Positions 1 to 12,586 of a stretch of 64,000 bases of DNA are shown here, one piece after another. Each line of letters opens with the position of its first letter. Positions within the stretch are counted from its first letter, which is position 1. A program made the translations under genes and the position numbers. Location: assembly GCF_006345805.1 (NCBI RefSeq), contig NC_042998.1, positions 84,320,001 to 84,384,000 on the forward strand. The letters run 5' to 3'. Under the pieces are notes generated by a model, which was not told where the DNA came from, ran no database searches, and was given only the letters and a program-made list of their open reading frames with translations. The stretch is from Octopus sinensis (Eukaryota).

Positions 1-1743
1 TATGTCCATTTTTCCATACCAGCATGGTTTAGACTGAAATGGTGATGATTATAATAAATTTAAAATGTCTTTAGGCGCTGAGCTGGCAGAAACGTCAGCA
101 CGCTGGGCAAAATGCTTAGCGATATTTTGTCTGTCTTTACATTCTGAGTTCAAATTTCACCGAGGTTGACTTTGCTTTCATCCTTTCGGGGTCAATAAAA
201 TAAGTACCAGTTGTGTACTGGGGTCAATTTAATCAACTGGCCTCCATCCCCAAAAATTTCGGGCCTTGTGCCTAGAGTAGAAAAGAATATATTTTAAGGC
301 ACAAGCATGATTAAAAAGTTTGCTTACTCACTACATGTTTTCAGTTCATTCCCACTGTAGCCCTAGGTCAACCAGGGCCTTGTGAGTGGATTTTGTAGAC
401 AGAAACTGAATGATGCTTGTGTATGTGTGTATGTATACTTTATCATTTTGACATCACATGATATCACTCTATCTTGCAGCTGATTACCAACAGTTCATTG
501 TGTTTTCGTGTTAGTAAAGTCATTGGTAAAAATAATAGAGCAAAATAAATGTGTTTCAGTCTTTAGTTTCAAAGCCTTGTGAGTGGATTTGGCAGATAGA
601 AACTGAAAGAAACTCATCGTAAATGTATATGTATATCTAAGTATGTTTGTGTCTTGATATCATATTATAGTTATAAATGAGGGCCACTGTCATTCCAGCA
701 ATTATTCATTTCCAATATTCTGCAAAAACATAGCTGTCCATATGGAAATTTTACCTTGCATGGAAACGGCTGGGCATCCAGCTGTAGAAAATCTGCTTCA
801 ATAAATTCTGTCCAACCTATACAAATATGGAAAAGTGAATGTTAAATGATGATGACTCTATGTTCTGAGTTCAAATTCTTTGATTGTTACTCTGCTAGAC
901 ATCCGTCTAAAGTTGCTAAAATTTATACAGTTATAAACTGGAATCAATTCAATTGGGTATATCTACCTGCCTCTCTCCACACAAACTTGTAGCCCTCTGA
1001 TAAAAAGGAGAAATCCTTACTGTTATGGTAGAATCAATACAGTGACACACTCTATTTGTTTGTGTCTCTTTGTTTTCCCTAAGTTCATATTATGGTAAAG
1101 CTCAACTTATTTTCTTCATCCTTCTGAATCTGATAAAACAAATACCAGTCCATGTATCTGGGTGAGTGCAATTAACTATCAATTTGTCGTTATCATCATC
1201 ATCTCTCACAAAATGTATAGCTTTGTACCTATTGTTAGAAATTATTATTCCTAAGGCTGTGAACTGGCAGAATCATTAGCATGCCAGGCAAAATGTGGAA
1301 TTTAGTCCATCTTTAGGTTCTGGGTTCAAATTCCTTATTTTATCAGTCCATTTTGCTGAACTGCTCAGTTATGGGAACATAAACATAGGTTATCAGGCAA
1401 TGTTTGGAGACGCACACACACCCACCCACATACATATATCATCATCATCATCATCATTCAATGTCTGTTTTCCATGTTTGCATGGGTTGGATGGTCTGAA
1501 AATGGAGCTGGCCAGACTTCAATTGTCTGTTGTGATATGGTTTCTACAGCTGGATGCCCTTCCTAATGCCAACCATTTTACAGAGTGTACTGGGTACTTT
1601 TTATGTGCCACCAGAATGGGTGCACTTATGCAGCTCCGGATGGGTGCATTCTATGTAGCACCAGCACCTAAAAGAAGCCTTTATGTGTGGAGAACAGTAA
1701 TTTTACTTTGCTTGACATGTCTTTTCAGCTGTTCTATATTTTA

Positions 1744-2064
1744 GAGATGAGGAATTTTGTACATTATTTACGTTATTTGAATTGGACGGAGATGCGTCCT
1801 CATATTGTTTGTTGTTACCACAACATTTCGGCCGATTTACTCTCCAGCCTTCTTCAGGTGTCCTGGTAGAATTTTGAACCCAACCCTTGAATAAATAATA
1901 ATATCAGCAAAAAAATATCTTAGGAATGAGAACCCAGATTTGGGTTCAAAATTCCACAAGGACACCTGATGAAGGTTGGAGAGTAAATCAGCCGAAACAT
2001 TGTGGTAACAAGAAACAAGATGAGAACAAATATCCATTCAATTTAAATAATGTAAATAATGTAC
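1744..2064. mobile_element. About 320-bp palindromic element with a hammerhead-like motif in each arm
   Basis: Arms 1759-1883 and 1939-2064 are reverse complements. CTGATGA-ggttgg/tcagcc-GAAACATT at 1966-2001 (+), with a mirror CTGAAGA...GAAATGTT on -. Confidence 0.78.
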
Positions 2065-3984
2065 GTCTTTTCAAGTACAGCAAATCACCACAACTACCAG
2101 AGAGAGAGAGAAAAGGCTTCTATATGTTTTGTCTATCAAATTCACTCACAAGATATTGGTCAGGTGTGATAAAGTACCAGTCTCAATCAGTGGACTAAAG
2201 CAATCTTTAGAGTATCCGATGGGCCACCAAAGCTTACTTGGATGGTAGACTTAAATTGTTGCTAAGTTTACTGCCACTACCTAGTCCTGTGGGGTTTTTT
2301 TCTTTTTATAGTGGAATCCACTTCAATGCAAGCATTTGGGCCAGACATCTGGTTTGCTAGTACTTTCATCCCTCATTCCCTTCTGACTAAATGGGGAAAA
2401 ACATTTTTTGAAAATAATCCATAGACAATAAGATTGTTTGAGTTTGTCACTGGTATTGTATATTATTCCTCAACAAAGACATTTTAGTGATAATGGTATT
2501 TAACTAGAGAACTACTCTGTACAGGTACAACTGACGTCTGTCAGCAACTCAGTTCATCATGTAATTGTGTCAACAATGATCAATAAAACTGATGTCACTA
2601 ATATTAAACTGGGATTGATTTAATCAGCCAAACATGTCAATCTGACAAATCTGTTTTTGTCCAACTCACCAGGCATGGCTGTGTGGATACACATTTTACT
2701 TTTTTACCATTTGGTTTTGAGTTCCATCTCATTGCATGCCTCCTTGGACAAGTGTCTTCTACAGTAGCCTTGGGATGAGCAATGCTTTGAGTGGTATTTA
2801 TAGCTGGAAACTATATAGAAGCCTGGTGTGTATATATTGTTTTGTTTGCTTTTACATTTGTTTTTTCTGTGCTTAAATGAATATATTATTGAGGCATTGT
2901 TTTACAGCTGAATGCTCTTGCTGTCACTAACCCCTATCTGTTTTTCAAGTAAGGAATATCTTATTCTACATGCCTTTGAAGATGCAAAGCCAACAGATGG
3001 CTCATTGATATGGGAAAAGACAGCAATGTTACTACACATACCAGAGTGATTTTTGGAGACACACAAATGTAATTAAACTCGTTTGTATGTATGTGTGTGT
3101 GTGTCTATGGGAATGCTTACATTTCTTGCTCCACACAAAAGCATTAAGTTAAAATCAGCAATGTTTGTTTACATTCCGTAACAAGATGATCCTGTAGTTC
3201 TGCACTTTCAAAGACAAATAGAATAAAAAATCCTTTGAAACCAATTAGGGATTATCAAGTGGATGGAAGTCTGACTGTAAAACAGTGCCTAAGTAATGTG
3301 TCTAACCCATGTGAACATAAAAAATACAGATATCAATACATGAACAAATAAGATGCAAGCAAAAATGTTGTACTGGATAGATACAGTATCACGAAGTAGA
3401 AGTGTTGTGATGAGGTTTCACTGGCTGTGCTTCACATCATAACAATTTCATTTGAAGCACTAACACAAGCCAGTAGAAAGGGTTTTGAGTTCAGACACAC
3501 TACAGGTATTTTATTGTGTATTTGGATAGTAAACATTAATTCTGCAGGTTTCTGTTCACCAAGATCTAGTAGAGATATCAGATCATAGAAGAAAGTTATG
3601 AGATGGACTGGTGTATTTTGTCATGCATGAATTGTGTAAGCTAAGCTAACAAACACTAGAGCCATCACTTGGAATCGAGGATGGCTTGGTAGTGCACACC
3701 ATGCTTTCAGTACTCCCCAACACCAATCAAAGGGACTTTGTTCTGTCTCACAATGTACTTGGTGACCCCACCAGTACTAGTGTCACAAAAAATGCACCCA
3801 GTACACTTTGTAATGTAGTTGGCACTAGGAAGGGCATCCAGCCATGGAAACCATGTCAAAACAGACAATAAATCTTGGCATAGTTCTCCAGTTTGCCAGC
3901 ATGGAAATCAGATGTTAAATGATGATGATGACGATGACAGCAGACATAACATCTTTCACAGCCCTTACACTCTTGAACTAGCAG

Positions 3985-4047
3985 AATGACCAAGATGCGA
4001 TGGCTGACTGGAGAAATGGTTGTGCCAGAACTGAGCAGGTACTTTCT
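3985..4047 (+). CDS. Possible upstream CIP2A exon (NDQDAMADWRNGCARTEQVLS)
   Basis: Tandem TAGCAG acceptor and two in-frame donors (4039, 4048). RNGCAR resembles human RKKCER at the expected position. Weak support. Confidence 0.3.
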
Positions 4048-4384
4048 GTATCGACTCTGAAATGATAAAAAGCATAATTGACTATAACAGGATTTGATCT
4101 CAGAACACAACAAATATTGTAATGCATTTTATCCAATTCTCTAGCAACCCCACAAACTGACCACCACCAGACTGGTTATAACAATGTTTCAGTTCTTGAT
4201 CAGCTTCCCTATTCTGCTACTCTGTTATTTCCACATGTTTATCTAAGTTACCAATAAAATATTCTTCACCGAAATTCTCACTCACTATGTATTCATGAAA
4301 TCTGTTTATTTGTCATTAAAATGTATATGCATTTGTAATGCATGTTGTTTTTGAATCCAAAGTTGTTCCAACCAGCCTTAACAG

Positions 4385-4539
4385 GTTCAACATATCTGCC
4401 AAGGAAGCATGTTTGTTGAAAAAATGTTATCCTATTTGCGAGTTGAAGATTTCCGCCAGCTGTTAGAGTTTCACTTCAACAACAACACCAACTTCTCTAT
4501 GAATCACACCAGAAAAGATGCCAAAAGTCAGAACTGGGG
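4385..4539 (+). CDS. CIP2A: CIP2A-like internal exon (VQHICQGSMFVEKMLSYLRVEDFRQLLEFHFNNN...SQNW)
   Basis: AG at 4383-84 with an in-frame TAA just upstream, GTGAG donor at 4540. 155 nt, phase 0 to 2, matching the next exon. Aligns loosely with human VLLTLCGDD...LIEQQF as recalled. Confidence 0.75.
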
Positions 4540-4731
4540 GTGAGTTCATCAAATAAATTTGCTTCTTCCATCTGTCAACTCCTCTTGTACGTTTAATAGA
4601 TTGTTTTTCCATCTCGTTTAGAATTTAATGTCATCATTTACACATATGTGGGTGTGGATGTTTAATTTCGCAATTTATACATTTTATATAAATACTTGTT
4701 TTTTTTTGTTTTTTTTTATTCTATTCCACAG

Positions 4732-4825
4732 TGACCTCAGTGTATCATTGGTGCTATATCTATTGAATTTCTTGTTGTTCATTAATGTGCCTGAAGTAAA
4801 ATCATTCTTTGAAAATGTCATGCAG
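4732..4825 (+). CDS. CIP2A: CIP2A-like exon (DLSVSLVLYLLNFLLFINVPEVKSFFENVMQ)
   Basis: Long poly-T tract then CAG, GTAAAG donor. 94 nt, phase 2 to 0. Corresponds to human ...VPGMEVSFYKILQ. Confidence 0.85.
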
Positions 4826-5448
4826 GTAAAGGGAGTTGTTATGCATTAGCCTTTCTCTCTCACACACTGCATGTTCTGTCTTTTACTGTCTTTCTCCCAC
4901 TCTTCTCTCTCTCTCTCCATCTCTCTGTTACTCTATCTTTCTATCAAGTTAACCATATTTCTCTTTGTAAATCTCTCTGCTTCTGAGTAAACTTTGATTT
5001 TGCCCTCTTCAATTTCATGTATAACTTCTCTGACATGATTAAATCTTTTTGTTACTATAGTTATGTTGAAATAAACTGCTGTCATTTCAGTTAATTTTCA
5101 AAATAATAAAGAATTTAGTAAAATAACTGCCAGAATTAAGGTGTTTGAAACATAATAAAGGAGCCTGGAATTTTGGTGGCAGGTTTTCATTTAGATCACT
5201 TTTAAAACACAGGGTTTGTATCATAGAACTAGGGACAGTCTCAGGTTGGTTGATAGCAAAAAATAAGCTTATTTCATCCCTAAATTAATTTTCCTTACTG
5301 CTAATGTGAAAAGTGTACGGAAAACTCTATAAAGCAATTTTTTGAAAGTAGTCTTATTTTTACAAAGATTTGTTACCTTTTAGCATTTACCATCTACTCA
5401 AATCTGGGGTTTTAAAACCTCAGTTCAATCAAAAGTTTCTTCTTTTAA

Positions 5449-5667
5449 CCCTTTAGTATTTAAACCGGCCATATCCGGCCAAAATAACTAATCTGTTTTA
5501 TGTTCAAACTGACCAGATCCAGGCTCTCACACCTACCCTACAATGTTATTCTACATTAAGTAATTACACCATCAAGATCTTGAAGATATGAGATAATGCA
5601 TGATTAATTCAAATCAATGGGAATCAATAGGCATTATGTTTGATTGAATAATCTGAACACTAAAGGG
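5449..5667. mobile_element. piggyBac-type MITE (TTAA|CCCTTTAG...CTAAAGGG|TTAA)
   Basis: TTAA duplications at 5445-48 and 5668-71 with short TIRs. Confidence 0.8.
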
Positions 5668-6711
5668 TTAAACTTCATTTGATTGGTATCTTTTTTTTTC
5701 ATTTTTTTCTCACAATGGAAGTAATCATGAATAGTTCTACAAATGTTTTCCCTCACTTCTTTGAGACAGTCAAACATGTTTTATCTTCATGTTTACATTG
5801 ATAATCTGTATTTATAAACAAAGGTGGAAAATTGGCAGAACTGTTAGTGTTGAATAGAATACGTCATATTTGATATGAACCTTTTCACTCTGAGTTCAAA
5901 TCCTACTGAAATCAGCTTTGTTTTTCCCTTCTTTTGAAGTTGGAAAGAAGAAAAAGGAAAAACTACCAGTCCAAGGCAATGGAACTGTTAGAAAATCAGG
6001 AATGGTGCCTTTTGGTATCTATTCTGGATCCTTGTATTCCAACAGCCATGTCTGGAATGAGATTGGTGTCAACCTGTACCAGTCCAAGTCATTAGGCTTT
6101 TCTTGAGACTTGCATGTGTGGACAATGACTAATTGTACTGGAAAGTCTTGCTCAAGCCTGCACATTCATGTGCATGGTCAACATTGACTGATGGAAGGGC
6201 TCTACATTTAAAAGCAAAATGATGGCTCAGCAATAGAATACAATTATAGACTGTGTAACTGAGGGGAGAACTGAGTGGTAAAAGGTTCAAATTTCTGAAT
6301 TTCTTGTCAGTTCTACTTTGAGAATTACATCATCATCATCATCATTTAGCATCCATTGTCCATGCTGGCATGGGTTGGACAATTTGACCAGGGCTGACAA
6401 GCTGGAAGGCTACACCAGGCTCCAGTCTGGTTTGGCATGGTTGGATGCCTTTCCTAAAGCCAATCACTCCAAGAGTATAATAGCTGCTTTTGCATGCCAC
6501 TGGCACAGGTGCCATTTGCATGACACCAGTATCTGCCACAACCACGATTTCACTTGGCTTCATGTGTCTACCTTCTCAAGCACAGCATATTGCCAAAGGT
6601 CTCAGCCATTTGTCATTACCTCTGTGAGGCCCAGTGCTCAAAAAGTGCTTTCTACGTGCCACCAGCATGGGTGCTAGTTACGTGACACCAGCATCGGCCA
6701 CATTGCCTCCA

Positions 6712-7797
6712 TAAGGCAAGTTACATGTCACTAACAGTGGCCACTGGAGGATGGGGATATCCAAACACCACAGATGCTCAGAAAACAGATTCCATCACAC
6801 TCAAGGGGAAGAAACTAGAAGTTGTTGAGAGCTTCTGCTACCTAGGTGACCAAGTTAGTAGTGGGGGTGGATGCGTCTACCCCTACTGGTGACAAAAGGC
6901 CTCTCGCTCAGAATGAAAGGTAGATTGTACGATGCATGCATGCAAACTGCCATGCTTCACGGTAGTGAAACATGGGCCATGACTGTGGAGTACATGCGTA
7001 GGCTCAAAAGAAATTAAGCTAGCATGATCTGCTGGATGTGTAATGTCAGTGTGCACACACAACAGAGAGTAAGCGCCCTGAGAGAAATGTTGGACATAAG
7101 AAGCATAGGATGTGGCATGCAAGAGAGCCGTTTGCCCTGGTATTGTCATGTACTATTGATGGATGAGAAGAGATGTGTTAAGAAGTGCCACTCTGAAACA
7201 GTTGAAGGAATCCGTAGTGGAGGTAGACTCAGGAAGACATGGGATGAGGTAATCAAGCATGACCAAACGTTGGGCCTCACAGAGGCAATAACAAAAGACG
7301 GAGACCTGGAGATATGCTGTGACTGCAAAGACCCAGCAAATAAAGTGAGTTCACAGCTGTATCATACAGTTTTGCATAACCAGCCCCAGCACATTCAAAA
7401 GTACCTTGGATTGTAGGGCGACCTGCTGTGCTTGAAGAGACCTATTGGGTCAAGTACATCAACATCAAAATGAAAATCAAATGGAAATTGTAGTTGTGAT
7501 ACCCATGCCAGTGGCATGTAAAAAGCACCGTCCGAACGTGGCTGGTGGCACGTAAAAAGCACCAACCAATCATGACCGTTGCCAGCCTCCTCTGGCCCCT
7601 CTGCCGGTGGCACATAAAAAGCACCCACTACACCCATGGAGTGGTTGGCGTTAGGAAGGGCTTCCAGCTGTAGAAACACTGCTAGATCAGACTGGATCCT
7701 GGTGCAGTCTCCTGGCTTCCCAGACCCCAGTTGAACCGTCCAACCCTTGCTAGCATAGAAAACTGATGTTAAACGATGATGATGATGACGACGACGA
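6712..7797 (+). mobile_element. Degenerate 3' fragment of the same RTE LINE
   Basis: KLEVVESFCYLGD, AMLHGSETW and MICWMCNVSVH...RKTWDEVIKHD motifs, same 3' UTR and GAT tail; internal deletion near 6875. Confidence 0.85.
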
Positions 7798-8582
7798 TAC
7801 AAACAGTGTTGTTTATTTGCAATCTTCAATGAAAACCTTCCTGGCTAATGCGCTGTTCATGTTTGAAGGACTGAGAAATATTACCTTGACTGGAAACTGG
7901 TGAGAGTTATTAACAGGAGAGCACTTGACCATAGACAATCTGCCTTGACAAATTTCATCTGACCATCTATGCAAGCATGAAAAAAAAATACATGAAAACA
8001 ATGATGATGACAATGGTTATGATGATTATTGGAAGGAGGTTGAGGACCATGGGAATTGAGGATTGTTTGAGGAAACTTTTCTAGGCTAGTAGCTTGGTTG
8101 CATTTACAGAAAGAGTTCTAAATCTGGGGAAATGGTCTGTAGTCCAAGTATTAACATTACAAAGGTCAACATGCTAATTTAGATCAGAAGACCTAGTATC
8201 ATTGAGGAAGTGGTTTTGTTCAGTATGTAGGAAGGAAGGTGGAACTTAACTCTATCTATTCACAAATAAACTATGAATAAACAAATGAGATTTCTGGCAA
8301 ACTGACAGAAAAGTAAGAGTTTAGATATATCAGAGGAGTAGCTAGCATTATAATCACTGTTGAAATGAAATCTCAGACAGCTGTCTCATTAGATGTAGCT
8401 GTTAAGTTTTTTATTGATGTTGACAGTAAAAGCTTTCCCTGTGGGGGAAAAGTTGTTCTGTATGAAGCATAAGTAAAACTTGTGATATGGAGCCATGGAC
8501 TTTAAATAAAGAAAATCTATGAAGGATGGAGAGAAATGAGTCAAGCATGATTCAGTGGATACTAACTTGTATGAGAAGCTGA

Positions 8583-9300
8583 TAGATCATCATCATCGTT
8601 TAATGTCTGCTTTCCATGCTGGCATGAGTTGGATGGTTTGACTGAGGACTGGCAAACCAGAAGGGTGTTTCTACAGCTGGATGCCCTTCCCACTGCCAAC
8701 CACTCTGAGAGTGTAGTGGGTGCTTTTTACATGCCACTGGCATGAGGGCCAGTCAGGTGGTACGGGCATCAACCTCACTTGAATGGTGCTTTTTATGTGT
8801 CACCAGCATGGTAGCCAGTTGAGTAGCACTGGCAGCGGCCACGCTTGGATGGTGCTTTTTACATGTCACTGGCACAGAACCAATCCGGTGGCACTGGCAT
8901 CGACCACACTTAAATGGTGCTTTTTACCTGTCACTGGCACAGGTGTTAGTCAGGTGGTACTGGCATCGGCTACAACAATGACTTCACTTGACTCAACAGG
9001 TCTTCGCAAGCACAGTTTATTGCCCAATGATTGAAGGGTTCTCTTAAATGGGCCAGCTATGCTGCACTAGCATAGGCCATGGTTATGGTCTCACTTGGCT
9101 TGCGGGGTCTTCTCAAGCACAGCATATCTCCAGAGTTTCAGTCACTTGTCATCGCCTCTTTGAGGCCCAATGTTTGAAAGTCATGCTTCACTCCCTCATC
9201 CCAGGTCTTCCTGGGTCTACCTCTTCCACAGGTTTCCTCTACTGCAAAGGTGTGACACTTTTTCATGCAGCTGTCCCTATTCCATACACAACATACATAG
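8583..9300 (-). mobile_element. RTE LINE 3' fragment, minus strand
   Basis: Reverse complement of the RTE C-terminus (RPRKTWDE...) and 3' UTR, with a CAT-repeat tail near 8585. Confidence 0.75.
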
Positions 9301-10863
9301 TAAAGGTATTGAGTAGTGTATGCAGGGAAAACAACTCTAGTGGTTATAGACTTGTGTTAAGAGGCTATGAATACCAAATGAGAAAAAAAGTGGTGAGTCA
9401 CTGACAATGAAAGGAGCTCATGGAAAAGGATAAGGTAGGATATAGTGAAGGCTAATCCGTGGACGTTGGGATTCCTTGGATCAAGACTGATGACAATTCA
9501 TCATATTACAGACTTGTCAATTGCATACATTGGAGAAATTGACATTCAAACAAATATATATATATATATATCACTGTATGTATATGCATATATATACATT
9601 GTGTGTGTGTGTATGCAACATTAGGCAAATGTCCTCTGTAGCGCTGGGCCAACTAAAGGCCTGTGAGTGCATACGGTAGCTGGCAGAAACATTAGCAGGC
9701 TGGGTGAAATGCTTAGTGGTATTTTGTCAGCTGCTACATTCTGAGTTCAAATTCTGCCGAGGTTGACTTTGTCTTTCATCCTTTCGGGGTCAATTAAATA
9801 AGTACCAGTTATGTACTGGGGTTGATGTAATCAACTTAATCCATTTGTCTGTCCTTGTTTGTCCCCTCTGTGTGTAGCCCCTTGAGGGCAGTAAAGAAAT
9901 AAGAATCTGAAAAGAAGCCTACCACCCTCCACACACACTCACACTGGGAGGGAGAGGGAGAGAGAGAGAGAGAGAATGTATGTACATGATGTGTTATGTG
10001 TCTTCTTGACTTAACATTTCATGCTAAGTATAAATACTCATCACCATTACATGATTGGTGAAGGCAGTGAGCTGGCAGAACTGTTAACATGCTGGGCAAT
10101 ATGCTTAGCAACGTTTTGTCCATCTTTACACTCTGAGTGCAAATTCCACAAGCGTCAACTTTGCCTTTCATCCTTTTGATGTCGATAAATTAAGTAACAA
10201 TCAAGAACTAGGCTCGATGTAATCAACTTGCCCCTTTCCCCCAAATTTGCTAGCCTTGTGCCAAAATTTGAAACTATTACATGGGTGGTGATGTTCCTAG
10301 GCAATCTTCTGTGAAAACAACAATCTGGTTTGGTGAAATTGCTACCATGCTAGGAAACAGATGAAGGTTGTGGAAGATTCCATTTTATTTTTTATCTTTT
10401 TATCAGAAGGGAAGGCAATACTTGTGACTCTTTACAGGGTATCTAACACTGAAGGGAAGGAGAGAGGAATATATCCTCAAATTGGAAATTTGTCCTGAAT
10501 GTTTGCAACAGAATGGACTTCACTAAAGTTACCTGGAATACCTTGTGGTGGTGTTAAACCAAGCAATAGGCAAGTATCTTCTACTATAGGCTTGGGCCCA
10601 CCAAAGTTTTGTGTGTGAATTTGATAGATGGAAACTGAATATGTATGTGTGTGTTTGCGTTTATCTTTATCTAGACATCATGTAATGGTTGCAAGTGAGT
10701 ATAATTGTCATAGCAGCAATATTGTTCATTTCCTGTCTTCCGTGAAAAATATGTCTGGCATAGGGAAATATTGTATTACCTGGAAACAAGTGAGGGTTAG
10801 CAACATGAAGGGCATCTGGTTGTAGAAAATCTACCTCAACATATCCTGGAAAAGGGACATTAA

Positions 10864-11068
10864 CCCTTTCGTTACCAACCCGGCTGAAACTGGCTCTGAC
10901 TCTGAGTACAAATGTCTTGTCTTCATAAGTTCTGAATTAAAATCTTCCACCAAACCTTAGTCACAATTTATGTTCCTAACACTAGCTGAATGATAACTAA
11001 GTTATTTTATTAAATTCTTTGTTATATTTAAAGTATTTGAAAGAAACACAGAGTATCTCAAAATAAAT
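10864..11068. mobile_element. 3'-truncated copy of the 41381-41598 TTAA MITE
   Basis: Highly similar sequence from TTAA|CCCTTTCGTTACC; the right end is replaced by an RTE-tail insertion. Confidence 0.8.
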
Positions 11069-12098
11069 CATCATCATCATCATCATCGTTTAACGTCTGC
11101 TTTCCATGCTAGCATGGGTTGGACGATTTGACTGAGGTCTGGTGAACCAGATGGCTGCACCAGACTCCAATCTGATCTGGCAGAGTTTCTGCAGCTGGAT
11201 GCTCTTCCTAACACCAACCACTCCAAGAGTGTAGTGGGTGCTTTTACGTGCCACCGGCACGAGGGCCAGTCAGGCGGTACTGGCAACAACCAATAATAAT
11301 AATAATTATTATTATTATGGTGACCATTGTCATTGTTGAAATTTATATTGTGTCTTTAAAACTCAAATAGTCTGGCTTAAAATAGGTAACATTCACTTTG
11401 TAGTTGTTTTATTGGTGTTTGGTAAAGTACTAAATTACAAACCAACACTCAACCCAAGAATTTTGTAGAAATCTCTTATCAAAGAGACCATGGAATTCAA
11501 AGTTATTTCTTCAACATTTGTTGCAAATGAATTCTAACTCTTAAACATATTCCCTGTATTTTATAGCATTTGGGTCTTAGAACAGTTTTTAATTCCAAGA
11601 GACTGAGACCTTTGGAGATATGCAGTGATTGGGAAGACCCAGCAAGTAAAGTGAGATCACAGCCATGGCCGATGCCAGTGTTGCACGACTGACCCATTTA
11701 AAAGTACCCATGAAGCGTCAGGTGATATATGTGCTTGAGAAGACCTGTTGAGTCAAGTGAAATCAAAATTGTAGTTGTGGCCAGTGCCACCTGACTGGCA
11801 CCCATGCTGGTGGCACATAATAAGCGCACCATTTGAGCTTGGGTTGATGCTAGTGCCACCTGACTGGCTCCCTGTGCCGGTGGCATGTAAAAAGTACCAC
11901 CCGAACGTGATCGATGCCAGTGCCACCTGACTGGCTCCCATGCTGGTGGCACATAAAAGCACCAAGGGCATCCAGCTGTAGAAACATTGCTAGATCAGAT
12001 TGCAACCTGGTGCAGCCTCCTGGCTTGCCAGTCTTCAGTCAAACTGTCCAACCCATGTCAGCATGGAAAGCGGACGTTAAATGATATTGATGATAGAA

Positions 12099-12331
12099 AA
12101 GGCGGCGAGTTGGCAGAAATGTTAGCACGACGGGCGAAATGCTCAGTAGTATTTCGTCTGCCGTTACGTTCTGAGTTCAAATTCTGCCGAGGTCGACTTT
12201 ACCTTTCATCCTTTCAGGGTCGATTAAATAAGTACCAGTTACACACTGGGGTCGATGTAATCGACTTAATACCTATGTCTGTCCTTGTTTGTCCCCTCTG
12301 TGTTTAGCCCCTTGTGGGTAATAAAGAAATA
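12099..12331 (+). mobile_element. tRNA-derived SINE with a 16-bp target-site duplication
   Basis: ggcggcgagttggcagaa...gagttcaaattc head; gatattgatgatagaa at 12083-98 and 12332-47. The family recurs at about 74-288, 9678-9905 and 19725-19910, among others. Confidence 0.85.
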
Positions 12332-12467
12332 GATATTGATGATAGAAGCACTTCTGAACATCTTTGAAATCATGTTAGATCATTAAATCAATTCAAACCC
12401 GTGTATTTTTCATGCCTCCAAAATATATATTTCAGTATTTCCTAAATGTAGTTAATTATGTTTTCAG

Positions 12468-12586
12468 GATTCCAATATTGTGCAATTCTTAGCGAAGGGA
12501 TTCTTGTCGTCTGATCGCAATGAAGTACATGCAGCTATAAACTTACTTTCTATTGGATCCAAGCTGGAATCGTTCCCTCATGTCGC
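12468..12586 (+). CDS. CIP2A: CIP2A exon (DSNIVQFLAKGFLSSDRNEVHAAINLLSIGSKLESFPHV)
   Basis: ttttcag acceptor, GTATGT donor. 119 nt, phase 0 to 2. Matches human [28 protein letters not shown]...FPAL. Confidence 0.9.

Noticed and set aside
1295-1744. 149-aa ORF and similar FLQLDALPNANH-containing ORFs throughout the window
   Set aside because: All are readings of the dispersed RTE 3' tail and SINE sequence.
2312-2420. Strong pyrimidine tract and AG at 2311 followed by ESTSMQAFGPDIWFASTFIPHSLL
   Set aside because: No donor before the in-frame stop except an early weak one, and similarity to CIP2A is marginal.
2881-3050. QVRNILFYM frame resembling human CIP2A QLRHMLTQM
   Set aside because: Stops on both sides, and the DNA matches the dispersed repeat seen at 62401-62470.
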